DNA of 64,000 nucleotides from assembly GCA_030295235.1 (NCBI GenBank), contig AP026134.1:1-64000 (forward strand), in the 5' to 3' direction. This document shows positions 12,117 to 23,325 of this stretch, one piece after another; within the stretch, counting starts at the first letter, position 1; each line of letters begins with the position of its first letter. The notes beneath the pieces were generated by a model, which was given only the letters and a program-made list of their open reading frames with translations, made no database searches and had not been told where the DNA came from. Origin of the DNA: Fistulifera solaris. Taxonomy: Eukaryota. Made by a program: the position numbers and the translations under genes.

Positions 12117-13165
12117 TTAAGTCACTCCACCTTTGTTCTTCTTCGTAAGAGCCGCAATTTCGTTTCGGATTTCGTCAACAAAGGCCTTTAGCGTCTTCTT
12201 TGTCTCCGCATCCTTCTCCCCTACCAAAGCCAGTTGACGTTCTCTCAACTCTTTCTTCAATGCAGATAATTCCTTGCGAATATCCTCTTCTTGTTGATTG
12301 TTCGTCAATTGAGCGATAGCCTCAGTAATTTGCCCTACTTCCATCATCAATGCATCCAGTTTGTTGTTGACATCCCCGTTATTGAGCATCATCACGGGGG
12401 CAGCGATGGCAGCAGCGACGGCTGGAGTAGCTTCCGCTTTTGTCTTTTTCGCAGGTCTTCGACCTCTTACCGGAGACTTGGCTGGAGTGGTAGCTGTTTT
12501 TGTCGCTTTCGCATCACCATTCTTGTTGCCCGTCTTTTGTTTCTTCGCCACTGGCACTGCCAGACTTTCTGTTAAATGCTCCAGAGCACCGGGAGGTAGT
12601 TTGAGTGGCATCACTACCGGAGGTGTCGTTACGACAGCGGATATAGTATTTTTGACAGCTGACATTCGTTCTTTGAAGTTTTTCTCTTCTTCTAAGACAG
12701 AGTAGAGTAATTTGCGACTTTCTCTTTCAAAATGCTTGACATACCGCACATCTCGCTCATCTGTCAATTTCAAATGAACCGATCCCAAGTAATTCAAAAG
12801 AAATTCTACGTCTTGGTTTTTTGTATCCTTTTCCTTATGCTTCGGATCTCGTCGACGAATTTCTTTCATGATCATCAATTTGTTAAATTTCAACGAATAA
12901 CGCTTTCGAAACGTTTGCTTATCTTCCAGTTGCTTTGCTTCCGATTCTGCGTAGGGGCTTTTATTTCTTATATCCCATTCAGGATACATAGCTTGTACGA
13001 TCATGTAAATATACGAGACGTGCGTCAAGGAGTTGAGTGATGTCTCCATGAACTTTTGCAATTCTCCTTTCTCCGCTTCTTCATTCGGAGGCGAATACGA
13101 GGGATCCTCAGGATTCAAGGCATCCAAATCCTCCGCCGACTTTGCATTCTTCTTTTCCCGGCCAT
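12117..13165 (-). CDS. Hypothetical protein with conserved N-terminal domain and C-terminal coiled coil (paralog A)
   Basis: ATG 13165 plus one extra A in a run near 13154 gives MAGKKKNAKSAEDLDALNPEDP. Clear similarity to the adjacent gene. Confidence 0.8.
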
Positions 13166-13627
13166 TGTGACCAGATTTTTAGTAAAAAATGACCCTTTTC
13201 CGTTACAATGGCAGCTCTAGGATGGTCACTGTGAGACGCGTGGTATGGTGGTAACAAAAAAGTTCGACCGCCCGCTGTGACCAATGACAACGAAAACGGT
13301 AGTCAGAAATGTCGTAAAGAGATCAAACACGCTCTAAACTAGGACACATAAATGTTCAAAAAATACCCGGTTCCCGGATTCATTAGGGCTCCACTTCTTG
13401 ACTTGGGTCAACTAAAATTCTAGCTCAGGTCTATTTAACTTTAAAATTTCCTTAAGGCGATATATTCCAGATGCACTTAAGAATTCATAATTCAACCAAC
13501 AAAACCCTCTGCATCGATTCAGGGAAAATTTAGCTTGTTATTATGTGCCTGTCATTTCCTACTTTACGATGCATTCCGTCGTCTCGCTTTGAATGCTGCC
13601 ATATCCCGTGCAACAAGCATCCACCTT

Positions 13628-14799
13628 TTACGCCAATCTCTGTCTCTTCACCGTAATTTCCGCGATCTCTTCATTCATTCCCTCGATCAAACTAAGCAAG
13701 GTGTGCTTCGACGCCGGATCTGGTTCTTTGCCCACACAATTTGTAGTTCTCGGCGCTCCCTTTTCAAAGACGCCAATTCCTTTCGTAGTTCTTCATCTTC
13801 GACCGATTTAGCTTCCTGACGTACGGCCACCATCGTGTCCGCAATGCGAGTAACCGCTTGACTCAGTTTACTGACTTCGACCAGCAATTTGTCGAGCGTG
13901 CTGTTCATGAGAATAATATTCCGATCCGGGCCGGCCGCTGTCGAAGCACGAATTACGGCAGACGGGCGTTGCGAAAACAAAACAGTACAAGAATGGGCCC
14001 CTTGCGACGGTCGATTGCCGGGTGTTGTTGTCATGGAAGTAATAGGATTCCGATGCGCTGTCGAAGCGGCGCGGTGAGAGCCCGCCATATCCACTTGCCT
14101 TCCATCTGCTGCAGCAGCATCTCTACTCTTCTCAAAATCACTTCTCCTTTGCAGAAATGTTCGAATAGTCGCTCGCAATTCCCTTTCGCGATTCTTTAGA
14201 TAAAATACATCACGTGGATCTCTCAACGGTAAACGCTCGAGTTCTCCAAAGAGCGCACTGATCGTCTTGTTTTTCGAATTTCGTCCCAGTGAATCATCTC
14301 GTCGTCGAATTTCTTTGACAAGTAATCGCTTGACAATTTTGAGGGCTTGATATTCGCGGGGCTTTTTATCCTTCAACTCTTTCATTTCATTTTCAAAATA
14401 AGGCGTTTTGCGGGGAATATTCCAATCGGGAAATGCAGATTGTACTAACATAAAGACGTAGGACCGATGATCGCCAGGAGCCAAATACGTTTCGTCTTCC
14501 ATGTATCGTTGCAAATCGCCTTTTTCCATATCTTCCACTGGCGGTGTGTACCTTGGATCCTCCGGATTCCATACATCTAAATCATCGATGGCCGTTTCAT
14601 TTTCGTCAAAAGAAACGCTACCTTCGAGTAACGGGTCTTCGGAGCTGCTTTCATCATTGTCATGATTGTGAGGCTGGTGCTGGTGATGATGATGGGTACT
14701 GGTAGTGTCGTTCATGCTTTTGCTATTGTGTTCCTTGCTGGTGGGTTTTATGGCTACCAAAGGCACACCCGTTCGCCCGCCCGTGACGTGACGGGTCAT
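13628..14799 (-). CDS. Hypothetical protein, tandem paralog B; frameshift near 13728
   Basis: Shares NPEDPxYxPP, EKGxLQ, KEIRRRD and DxRDVxYxK with paralog A. The corrected C-terminus (AKEPDPASKHTLLSLIEGMNEEIAEITVKRQRLA*) aligns with the end of paralog A. The start may be 14715. Confidence 0.8.
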
Positions 14800-15062
14800 G
14801 TCGGGTTTCTTGGAGCGGCATCCGTAACACGTTTTGCTGAGGGGGATGGAGTCGCGTACCGGTACCGACTACCTGGTACTTTCAACGGGATAAAAGATGA
14901 GTAGGGACGTGCTTGAGGAGGTCTTTTCACAACAGCCTCATTCTTTCCTGTCGTTTTTGTTCTTCGGCCCCAACTCGCTGCATACCCCAACGATATTTGT
15001 ACGTTCGACCTTTCATTGCATCAGAATCTCTTTTTCTAACATTGTTCTTACAACTTGGTATC

Positions 15063-16626
15063 ATGTCTTGCCTCCCGTTTGACACTTTGCATGCCTTGTT
15101 AAGCTATCATGAAGCCAAATTACGCGGTCAACCGCAACACGATTTTCGTCTCGGGTCATCCGTCGTGCAATTGCGTCTCTCTGAATCTTGCGCTGGTTTA
15201 TCTATTTACCGGCAAAGTCATACATATGATGTCAGCTTAGAGTTTGTTTTGATGCGACGCCGATTCGATGACCGGGGTTTGTATGTGGTAATTCATGATG
15301 ATTCTTGGGAAAAGCTGATTCAGGCGGCAACTCAGTTGTTGAGTTTACCGGATGATTATTACGAAAAACTGGTCTATTGTCGTGTTCTACCGTTTCATGT
15401 GCAGCAACTATTATTACCATTGCACCCGTCGCGACGACAATGTGTGTGTAGGGATGCTTTTTTCTCCAATAACGAAGTGTCGTTGTTGGCTTCACTGGAT
15501 GCACCAATTCATATCATTTTGCACCCTGGAATGTTCCAAAACAAAAAGAAGCAGAGAAACAACGGTCAAGTAGACAATTTACAAGAACAAGAGAGTGATG
15601 CTGGTCAACAATTTGTTCAGTGTTTAGCAGAACGCACCAGCCCATTTGGCTCATTGACCATTTACGAGAATGCTCTTTCCGACACAGCTTGGGCGCAATT
15701 ATTGCAACTACTAAACATGGAAACAACAACACCGATGCTCATACAAACACTGGAATTGATTGAATTAGACATACATGACGCATCACTCCTATCGAATGCC
15801 CGTCTGGAGACATTATCCTTATCGCATTGTTCTTTGGCGGATGATGGAGAGAGCTTGCAACAAGCACTGGCGGAGGGGAGAGGTCCGACGCGTCTCGTGT
15901 TGGATCAAGTCGTGGGATGGGAAGGACGTTTGCACCATTCTCGCAAGACGGTACCCTTTGACGCGTGGACGAATCTCATGTTGACGTTTGCTAAACCCAC
16001 CTGTTTGATTCAGCATTTGGAATTGGGGTCATCGCCCTATTACGACATCGGTGGTTTCTTTCTGGCTTTCTTGGAAGGTTTGGCACTAAACCATAGTCTT
16101 ATATCACTGGTTATTCGGAAATACGATGGTATGTAGTGGAAATAGGACGCTTGACATTGAAAATCGTTGGGCTATTTCTCATGACCTCGTTTTCTCTGCA
16201 GGCATACTCAGTTTTTGGGACGACTTGGCAGACATTGTTCTCCATCACAAAGCCTTGCGAAGCATTGATTTGATCTATGAGTCCACGGTGTGTCACGATG
16301 CGGCCCGTATGTTTCGACCCTTGTCTCGTCTTTTGGACACGAATCGGAATATTGTTATCTCTTACGAAGGGAAGAACCACAATCGGACGTTTGAACGCAT
16401 TATCGTACCCAAGTTACGCATAAATCGTTTTCACAACGGCACACAAACTCTTGGTCAAGTGGCCAATGATTCTGTGCGTGCGTATTTGTTTGCACAAGCC
16501 CTGATTGGTGGATGTCAGGCAACGAACGATGATACGAGACTGTTATCACGGCAAGATTACTTGTTGCGCCTGTGGTGGTTGTTCTCACGAAACACCGACA
16601 TTCTGGTGACTTTGTTGCAGCGATAA
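15063..16626 (+). CDS. RNI/LRR-like hypothetical protein; frameshift near 16130
   Basis: ATG 15063. Motifs AGQQFVQCLAERTSPFGSL, LETLSLSHCSL, LALNHSLISL, and in ORF 16126-16626 NRNI...INRF...NTDIL. Confidence 0.8.
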
Positions 16627-16719
16627 GAGAACTAATATTGTAGATCTTTTGTCTATATCTTCTTTAAAGACTAGACGATGACTCAACGGGACTATCATTC
16701 GCTACTAAACCAAGGTTGC

Positions 16720-17201
16720 TTACCCATCAATGTTGCGCTGTCGTTGACTGCTGATACCAAAGATGGGATTCATGTTGTGATAACGCATGTAAGCACGGGT
16801 CGCTGCTTGGTATTCCGGGTCCATGGTGAAAGGAAGCTTTTGGTTGGCTAAAGAATGACACAATGGAAGAGAGATAGAAATTGTGAGTCTTTAAGGTCTG
16901 TCTGTCTACACGATCCGCACGAAACAAGTCTGCTTCGTTTGGCTGTTCTTTTCCAGTTAAAACACGCCGTGAAAGCATATTAATTCCAACTCCTTCTTTT
17001 GATTCAGTACGTACCAACAGGTAGATAACACAAGACCAACGAAAAGAGGACACCACCCGCCATGAGTGGTCCTTGACGCATGCGCGAAATCTTCTCCAAC
17101 GTTGCTTTGCCAAACAAACCACCGCCATGTGTCCCGTAAGGACTGCGGTTCAAATCAGTACCAGGACCGTACGGAGGAGGTTCATACCAAACGCGGACCA
17201 T
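16720..17201 (-). CDS. COX4: Cytochrome c oxidase subunit IV-family protein (2 exons; intron 16848-17014)
   Basis: Splicing G|GTACGT...TTTAG|CC gives a TM helix (LMAGGVLFSLVLCYLPV) followed by ANQKLPFTMDPEYQAATRAYMRYHNMNPIFGISSQRQRNIDG*. This matches the COX4 PxT...EWQ...NPIxGISS signature. Confidence 0.8.
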
Positions 17202-17560
17202 TTTGGATAAGGGAGCAAAAGAAAGAAAACGTTTCACCGCAACGCGATGACTCTTTGTGCGTGTTAGTTTGCGTGTTGCGTTGATGCGGCGCCGTCGCAG
17301 CCAGCGAGTGCCGAATGCGAACTTTCGCGTTTCCCGAAGATTGCATCATCAATGTCGCAGCATCACACAACACGTCACCCAAGTACGTCCATCCTCCGTC
17401 CGTCCGTTCTTTCAGAATTGAAGGCCAAAGGTTACCGCGTTACTAAAAGAACCGAAACACGCAGTCGTTCGGTGCTGCTGCGGCAAACACGCAGCGGAGT
17501 GTAACAAGGACTTGTTGTTGTCCATCATCATTGTATTTCCTGTAGTTTGAATAGATAACA

Positions 17561-18756
17561 ATGCCGTGTAAGTTGTTTTACGAATTTAAATAGCAGAGAA
17601 AAAGGAGGAGCAGCAAGCGAGCGAGCGAGCGAGCGAGCGAGCGAAAGTATTGAAGGCGCTGCATAGTGCTCGTTGTGGTTGTTGATTCGATTAATGCAAA
17701 TAGACTATTTTGTTTCGTTCCTGAAAGGAAAGCGAAACAATTCACATAAGGGAGAAGTGAAATATTTGGAAGCGCGGCCTATACTGTCTTGTTTGATTTC
17801 CTTTGTTTCGTTTTCATTATCTAATATTTTCTTCTTTTTCCTTTCGCTTCCCTCTTTTGCAACAAAAACAGCCCTGAAATTACAAAAGCGATTGGCCGCC
17901 GACGTCCTCAAAGTCGGAGCTAAGAAAGTTTGGCTGGATCCCAATGAAATCAACGAAATCAGTTTGGCCAATTCACGACGCAACATTCAAAAGTTGTACA
18001 AGGATGGTTTGATTATGAAGAAACCCAGTGTAGTGCACAGTCGTGCACGTGTGCAACTTCGAAATGAAGCCAAGCGTAAAGGACGACACACCGGTGAGTT
18101 TGTTTTCTCGGTAAATTCGTTGTACGCTGTTAGTCGGAAAAGTGCCTGTTGTATACTGGTGGTGTTGGTGCTTCATTTCTTCTATGCGCTAGTACTGTTT
18201 GTGCAGGCCTATACAAACCTCGTTGTCATTTTCATCATTTGTGATGAAAAAGGCAGCAACCGGCCAGACAACCGGTCTTGGGGACTCGACCTCCACGCAG
18301 TGTTTTCTTTGTTTTCGTGAAAACATTTGTACTATTTGGAGTGACTACATTTCGCTTCAAGAAACAAAACTAACGATTCCTCTTGTTGTTGTTCTTTGAT
18401 GAACAGGTGTGGGTAAGCGTCGTGGTACTCGAGAGGCCCGATTGCCCATGAAGGTCATGTGGATCCGTCGTCAGCGTGTCTTGCGTCGTTTGCTCAAGAA
18501 GATGCGCGATGCCAAGAAAATTGACAAGCACATTTACCATTCGCTGTACATGTTGGCCAAGGGTAACCAGTTCAAGAATAAGTCCGTCTTGATTGAAACC
18601 ATTCATGACATGAAATCCGCCAAGACCCAAGAAAAGACGTTGGAAGAGCAGGCCGTAGCTAAGAAGGCCCGTGCTAAGGCTCGTTTGGAGCGCAAGGCGG
18701 CTCGGGAAGCCAAGAAACTGGCCGATGCGGAAGCGGCTGCCCAAAGCGAACAGTAA
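17561..18756 (+). CDS. RPL19: 60S ribosomal protein L19 (eL19); exons 17561-17567, 17872-18093, 18407-18756
   Basis: Spliced protein [28 protein letters not shown]...[21 protein letters not shown]...KGNQFKNK. Canonical GT-AG junctions. Confidence 0.97.
17617..17644. repeat. (GCGA)n microsatellite in RPL19 intron 1
   Basis: About 7 tandem GCGA units. Confidence 0.9.
17658..17749 (+). ncRNA. Candidate intronic box H/ACA snoRNA (RPL19 intron 1)
   Basis: Hairpin closed by TGCAT/ATGCA, H box AGACTA (17702-17707), hairpin TTGTTTCG-TTCCT-gaa-AGGAA-ag-CGAAACAA, then ACA at 17744-17746. Confidence 0.4.
18144..18273 (+). ncRNA. Candidate intronic box H/ACA snoRNA (RPL19 intron 2)
   Basis: Hairpin 1 has lower stem GCCTG/CAGGC, an internal pocket and upper stem TACTGGTG/CGCTAGTA. 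H box ATACAA at 18211-18216. Hairpin 2 is GTTGTC..TTTTCATCA/TGATGAAAA..GGCAGC. ACA at 18268-18270. Length about 130 nt. Confidence 0.6.
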
Positions 18757-19006
18757 ATAATAAAACAATATTGGATTCACCCCTCACTCTCTTAGAAAAT
18801 GTATCCCTGAGCGGTGGCTATGTTTTCGGAGGATCATATTGTTACTGGAAGCGAGGTAGATACCAATAGGCGCTTTGTTTCTCCAACGAGATGGAGTCAA
18901 ACAATCTCGTTGAGGTAAGACTCTTTTTAATGATGATAAGGAGTAAAATACTGCATTGAAGTAGTCAAATGGTGTTAACTTTTTATTGATTACGGAGCAC
19001 ATCGTG

Positions 19007-20260
19007 TCATATCGTCCACAAATCCCCCACCGTCCCCGAGAATTGATTGTCAAGCCACTTTTGTATGTACGGAACTTGGTATGCAGGTTCTAACAAGAGC
19101 TCATTTCCCGGAATATCAATTAAAGGAGTCTGCGTGATGAATTCTTCCCACATGTAAACGGCAAACCCAAACATGGCGACACGGCCGTTCTGGAAAGAAG
19201 AGTGTTGTCAGTGATGGTAAGAAATATCAGAAAAAGCGACACATCCCATCAATTTCGTAACCAGCACACCTGTAACGTACCAGTAGCTCCCGTTCTTGCA
19301 TATTACGTTTCATTCGATCGTTCCCACCATCCATTATACTCAACGGATCCCAGAAACAATCGGCGGGCAAGAATGCTTCTCCAGTTTGTGAATCTTTCAC
19401 CGCTTGTGAATAAATATCGAGATATCCCAGTAACAGCATTATTCCCGTCATGAGTAAGGGAAAGTACGGCAACGTCACTGACGCCTGAAAGAGAGGTCGT
19501 CCGTATTCATCATCCAGAAGTAATCGATCGAGCATTTCTTGCAACGGCCAAAACACCGCCGCGAGCATCGCCAATCGACCGTGTCGAATTTCGGCTTCAC
19601 GATAATCCCGCAAAATAAGCGCCGGGGGCCGCTCAATGGAAGGGAATCCCCACAGAAAGCGCTGTACGCTTCCGATTGTATCTCGTGTCGATAGACGCAA
19701 GGGATCAAAGCCATAATCTCCCGGCAGTTGATCATCTCCTACACCTGCACTGACCGGGACGACGCCTTGCGATAAGGCCTGTTCGAGAAATTGAAACCCT
19801 TTTTGTTGTTGATGTTGTTGCTGCTGCTGCGGTCGATTTGTAATTTCCTTGGTGTTGGCTTGATCGCTTTCGATGTGATCATCGTTATCGCTGACCAACA
19901 ATTGTAAGAGTTCCTCCAAGCTGGCTTTTTCATTATCATTTTCGTCGTCGTCGTCGTCGTCCTCCTCCTCGTCCTGCAATTCTAAAAACAAATCTTCTAA
20001 CGACTGTAGTTCATTATCTAATTCCCGTTGCAAAAACAAGACATTATCGTCGTCGTCTTCGTCATCATCATCATCATTCATAATATCATTGATGCGTTGG
20101 GATGACAAAGTGGGAAGACTCGGGTTGTTCGTCGAGAAGATTCTCGTTGCCGGATTGTTGCTGTTATAGGGGATGATCATTCACAATTACGGGTAAAGGA
20201 AGTAGGAAGAGGGCTTGTAGCAGGAACGAGCCTAACAATAGGTAGTACGTAAGAAGATAG
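19007..20260 (-). CDS. Light-harvesting complex (chlorophyll a/c-binding) family protein with acidic N-terminal extension (intron 19190-19280)
   Basis: LPGDYGFDPL, REAEIRHGRLAMLA, FWDPL, and spliced ERELL|NGRVAMFG. A signal-peptide-like stretch (YYLLLGSFLLQALFLLPL) lies in another frame at about 20190-20250. The true start is uncertain. Confidence 0.88.
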
Positions 20261-20460
20261 GAATGTCAATGTAATTATTTGTGAATCAAATCAAAATACT
20301 TGGAACTAAAAATAATTGGTTCTGTTCTATTCTGTTTTCCGGTTTCGCTTGCTCCTGTCGAGAACCAAGAAAAAGCAGAAAATATGCGTATGCCATTCGC
20401 ACCTAGTACATTGTACGTCCAAGCAACTTCAAGGATCGCTGGTAATAAGTCCCGGTTCAA

Positions 20461-21321
20461 TCACGAGGCGTGCCTCACACGCAGTCTGGCCGGCTTTCGC
20501 GTGTGCCGTCTCCTTCGTGGCGATGGGGGTGCTGTTCTTCGAGATGGTCGCAATTCACCACTGGATTCATTATCCTTCATTATTTCTGGTTGCAAATGAG
20601 AACGTGGTACTGTTGAGTGGCGCAGTTGTCTTCTCCGGGGCTTCTCAGAGAGATCATCGCTACTGGAAAAGAACAGTAGACTAATATCAGGATCGACGGT
20701 GCTTTGACTGGTTTCAAAATTCTTCATAATGCTTTCGTAGGAATCGCCCGAATCACATTTTCTTTCAAAGTTGTTGTCTTCTCTCCAAGAATTGCTCCAA
20801 TCGGAACTCATACTGGAGTGGTTGTCGTCGGCTACATTAACTTGTTCCAGGGGCAGCGAAGTGAGCAGCAGAGATACTTGGTCATCTTCATCGTTCTCGT
20901 CGCAATTATTACTTTTGCTGTGTTGCGATTTCGTTAGCGAATTTCTCTGGAATAGTGATCGCAAAGTGGCTTTTCGAACTCGGCTACTTCGTGTCGACTT
21001 GGAGGAAGTCGATGATGATGTAGTCGACACGGAACAGACACTGGAGGCCATGCGAGGCTTGCGGGGTGTCATTTCTAGCGAGGAAAGAGACGAAACATAG
21101 GGGCAGTAATGCCCTTTCGAAGATTCGTCGTCATCGTTATCGACAATCTTATTGCGATTGGGGCGTTGCTTTCGCCGGGGAGACTGGATTTTGGTCAAGA
21201 ATGCGTGCAGCCCAAAAGATGGACGTCTCTGCTCTTCTTCTCCGTCAATGATGTTCATGGTGGCTCGTTTGATGGTTCTAGTAACTATCGGTCGAGAAAG
21301 ATTCAAATGAAATACGTCCAT
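20461..21321 (-). CDS. Ser-rich low-complexity hypothetical protein
   Basis: 286-aa ORF. The start may be MNIIDGEEE at about 21258, and the 3' end is uncertain. Confidence 0.55.
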   Translation of the reverse strand: MDVFHLNLSRPIVTRTIKRATMNIIDGEEEQRRPSFGLHAFLTKIQSPRRKQRPNRNKIVDNDDDESSKGHYCPYVSSLSSLEMTPRKPRMASSVCSVSTTSSSTSSKSTRSSRVRKATLRSLFQRNSLTKSQHSKSNNCDENDEDDQVSLLLTSLPLEQVNVADDNHSSMSSDWSNSWREDNNFERKCDSGDSYESIMKNFETSQSTVDPDISLLFFSSSDDLSEKPRRRQLRHSTVPRSHLQPEIMKDNESSGELRPSRRTAPPSPRRRRHTRKPARLRVRHAS

Positions 21322-22569
21322 GCAACAGCAAAAGACTGGTTGGAAGAAGTTTGCGCCTGTGATGTTGAGCGTAATAATAAATCTCTACCATAATTTCTAC
21401 CAGTACGAAAACAAACACCAAACATGTGTCCTCTGTTCATTTGACTGTCATTATCTGTCGTGCTTTCGTTTCAAACACTACAGCGCTCTACTTTCAACAG
21501 AGCAGCCAGTCTTCTCCGCTTCACTACAGAGATCTTTAAGTATCACCGCATCCTACAAAAACTTCTAGTCATCACTGGCTATGGCTTTCCCCTGGTGGCT
21601 GATGGGCTATACAAAGATAAGCCCTATGAGGCCCAATCGCTAGAACTGCTATCTTCCCTACAAAGGTCACTAATTGAAACTCTTCAGTTAAAGTAAGTGT
21701 GACTGTATAGTGTACTTTATTAGTTCACCATCCAAGACCGAAATGGACGGCAATGAAACAGTCACAGCGTTGCTGCTCTAAGGTATTGCGACGGAGTAAC
21801 AGAAAAGTAAAAATGTAGGTTTAGAGCTCTGGACTCTGGACGCTGGACGCCGATCAAGTTTATTAGACTAAGATGGAAGAGATTTATCGAATGTTTAATG
21901 TTACTAAAAGTACTTTGAACTATCATCAAAAGGCCACCCTAGAGAGGCATTTCGTCTTACCAACAGTCAGATGATTTTAAAAATTATTTGGGATTTCGGC
22001 CGACGTCTCCCCTCTTGTTTATCTTATGAAAATTGAAAAGCAAATAGTCACAAAATGAGTTCCGAATGATGATTGATTCTCAAAAGTCATCCATTTTAGA
22101 CGTTTATTCTGAACAGATTATTTCACCAATATTGCAATTATTTGTCGAAGCAAGTAATTAATTCTTTTTGTTAATTGTCGAGAAAGCATGGCTTAAAAAC
22201 TACTCCGTATTTCACTATTCACAATCAACGCGTTGAAGCGGTCAACCTAGCGTGAGTGAATTTTCGTCTTCAGACAAGTCTTTCATCATTGTACTAATCC
22301 GATGATAGAAGAGCCTGTCCCGGATGACTTACTACCACGTAATTCGTACATGGTGACACCTGTATCCGCGAAAGGAACAATGTGGTTCGACGTGGCGATG
22401 ACGTGGACAATAACTCGCAATCTTTCGCATCTGCTTTTGGCTTCTCCATAAAACGAGTTTTTCATTTTGTTCAACAAGAAAGCAACACAATTCGGCAAAA
22501 GTGCATGCCGTCATTACTTGCTTCGGCTACAATCCGTTCTGTTTCATTTAAAATTGTTTTCCCTATAAA

Positions 22570-23325
22570 ATGCCGCAACGAGCCGCTCTTCGGGTTGTCG
22601 AAACGAGAAATTTCGCCAAGATGATGCAACAACAAACGCACTTTGAGCCTCCTTTGGAAGCGGTTGTGCCTATATCGAACACAACTTTGTCGACAGTTGA
22701 TGAGTTCATGGAAGCTTTTAGTGATCTCGATGATTCGACTGCTTTTATCAATGGACGAAAGGGATGTCTTCGTCATCGTCGAGATAAAGCCGAATCAAAA
22801 TCATCTTCGCGCTCAGTTCAGTTTTCGACCGTAGAAGTGCATTCACACGAAATGATATTAGGTGATAATCCCAGCGTTCTCATGGGACCACCTTTGACGA
22901 TTTGCTGGTACGGATCGTGTCACGAAACTTTTAGTTTGGAAGAGTTCGAACGGAGTCGCGGACCGCCGAAGAGAAGAAATGAGATGATATGGAACCGCGA
23001 AAAACGAGAAAACATTCTCATTCACTCGGGCTACAGTCGGCGAGAGATCGATAAAGCGGCCGAAGCTGTCTATAAAGCAAATCAACAACGAATGGAAAGT
23101 ACAAAAGATTATAAGAAGAAAAGATCCGCTTTTCGAAAGTTCTTGGACGTTTTTAAAAAAGCCGGGAGAGCCAAAGAGAGTGGACCCGATGCAAGTGAAA
23201 CGAAGCTTATGAGACCACAGTTAACTTTTTCTTCTTGTTTTCTCCGTGATGTTATAAACCAATATCACCAGGCGCAAGCACGAACCATTTTTCCACTACA
23301 AACGGACGCGCTGTGTTGCTTTTGA
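22570..23325 (+). CDS. Hypothetical protein with the diatom-common VxFxxVEV...ILGDNPSV..GPPLTI.W domain
   Basis: Motif SVQFSTVEVHSHEMILGDNPSVLMGPPLTICW...SLEEFERSR...RENIL...GYSRREI. There may be upstream coding sequence from about 22302. Confidence 0.75.
   Translation: MPQRAALRVVETRNFAKMMQQQTHFEPPLEAVVPISNTTLSTVDEFMEAFSDLDDSTAFINGRKGCLRHRRDKAESKSSSRSVQFSTVEVHSHEMILGDNPSVLMGPPLTICWYGSCHETFSLEEFERSRGPPKRRNEMIWNREKRENILIHSGYSRREIDKAAEAVYKANQQRMESTKDYKKKRSAFRKFLDVFKKAGRAKESGPDASETKLMRPQLTFSSCFLRDVINQYHQAQARTIFPLQTDALCCF

Noticed and set aside
18241..18247. C-box-like GTGATGA in RPL19 intron 2
   Set aside because: No downstream CTGA D box within the intron. It forms part of the H/ACA hairpin stem instead.
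17673..18320. 215-aa ORF as the full RPL19
   Set aside because: It reads through intron sequence on both sides; the real gene has three exons.
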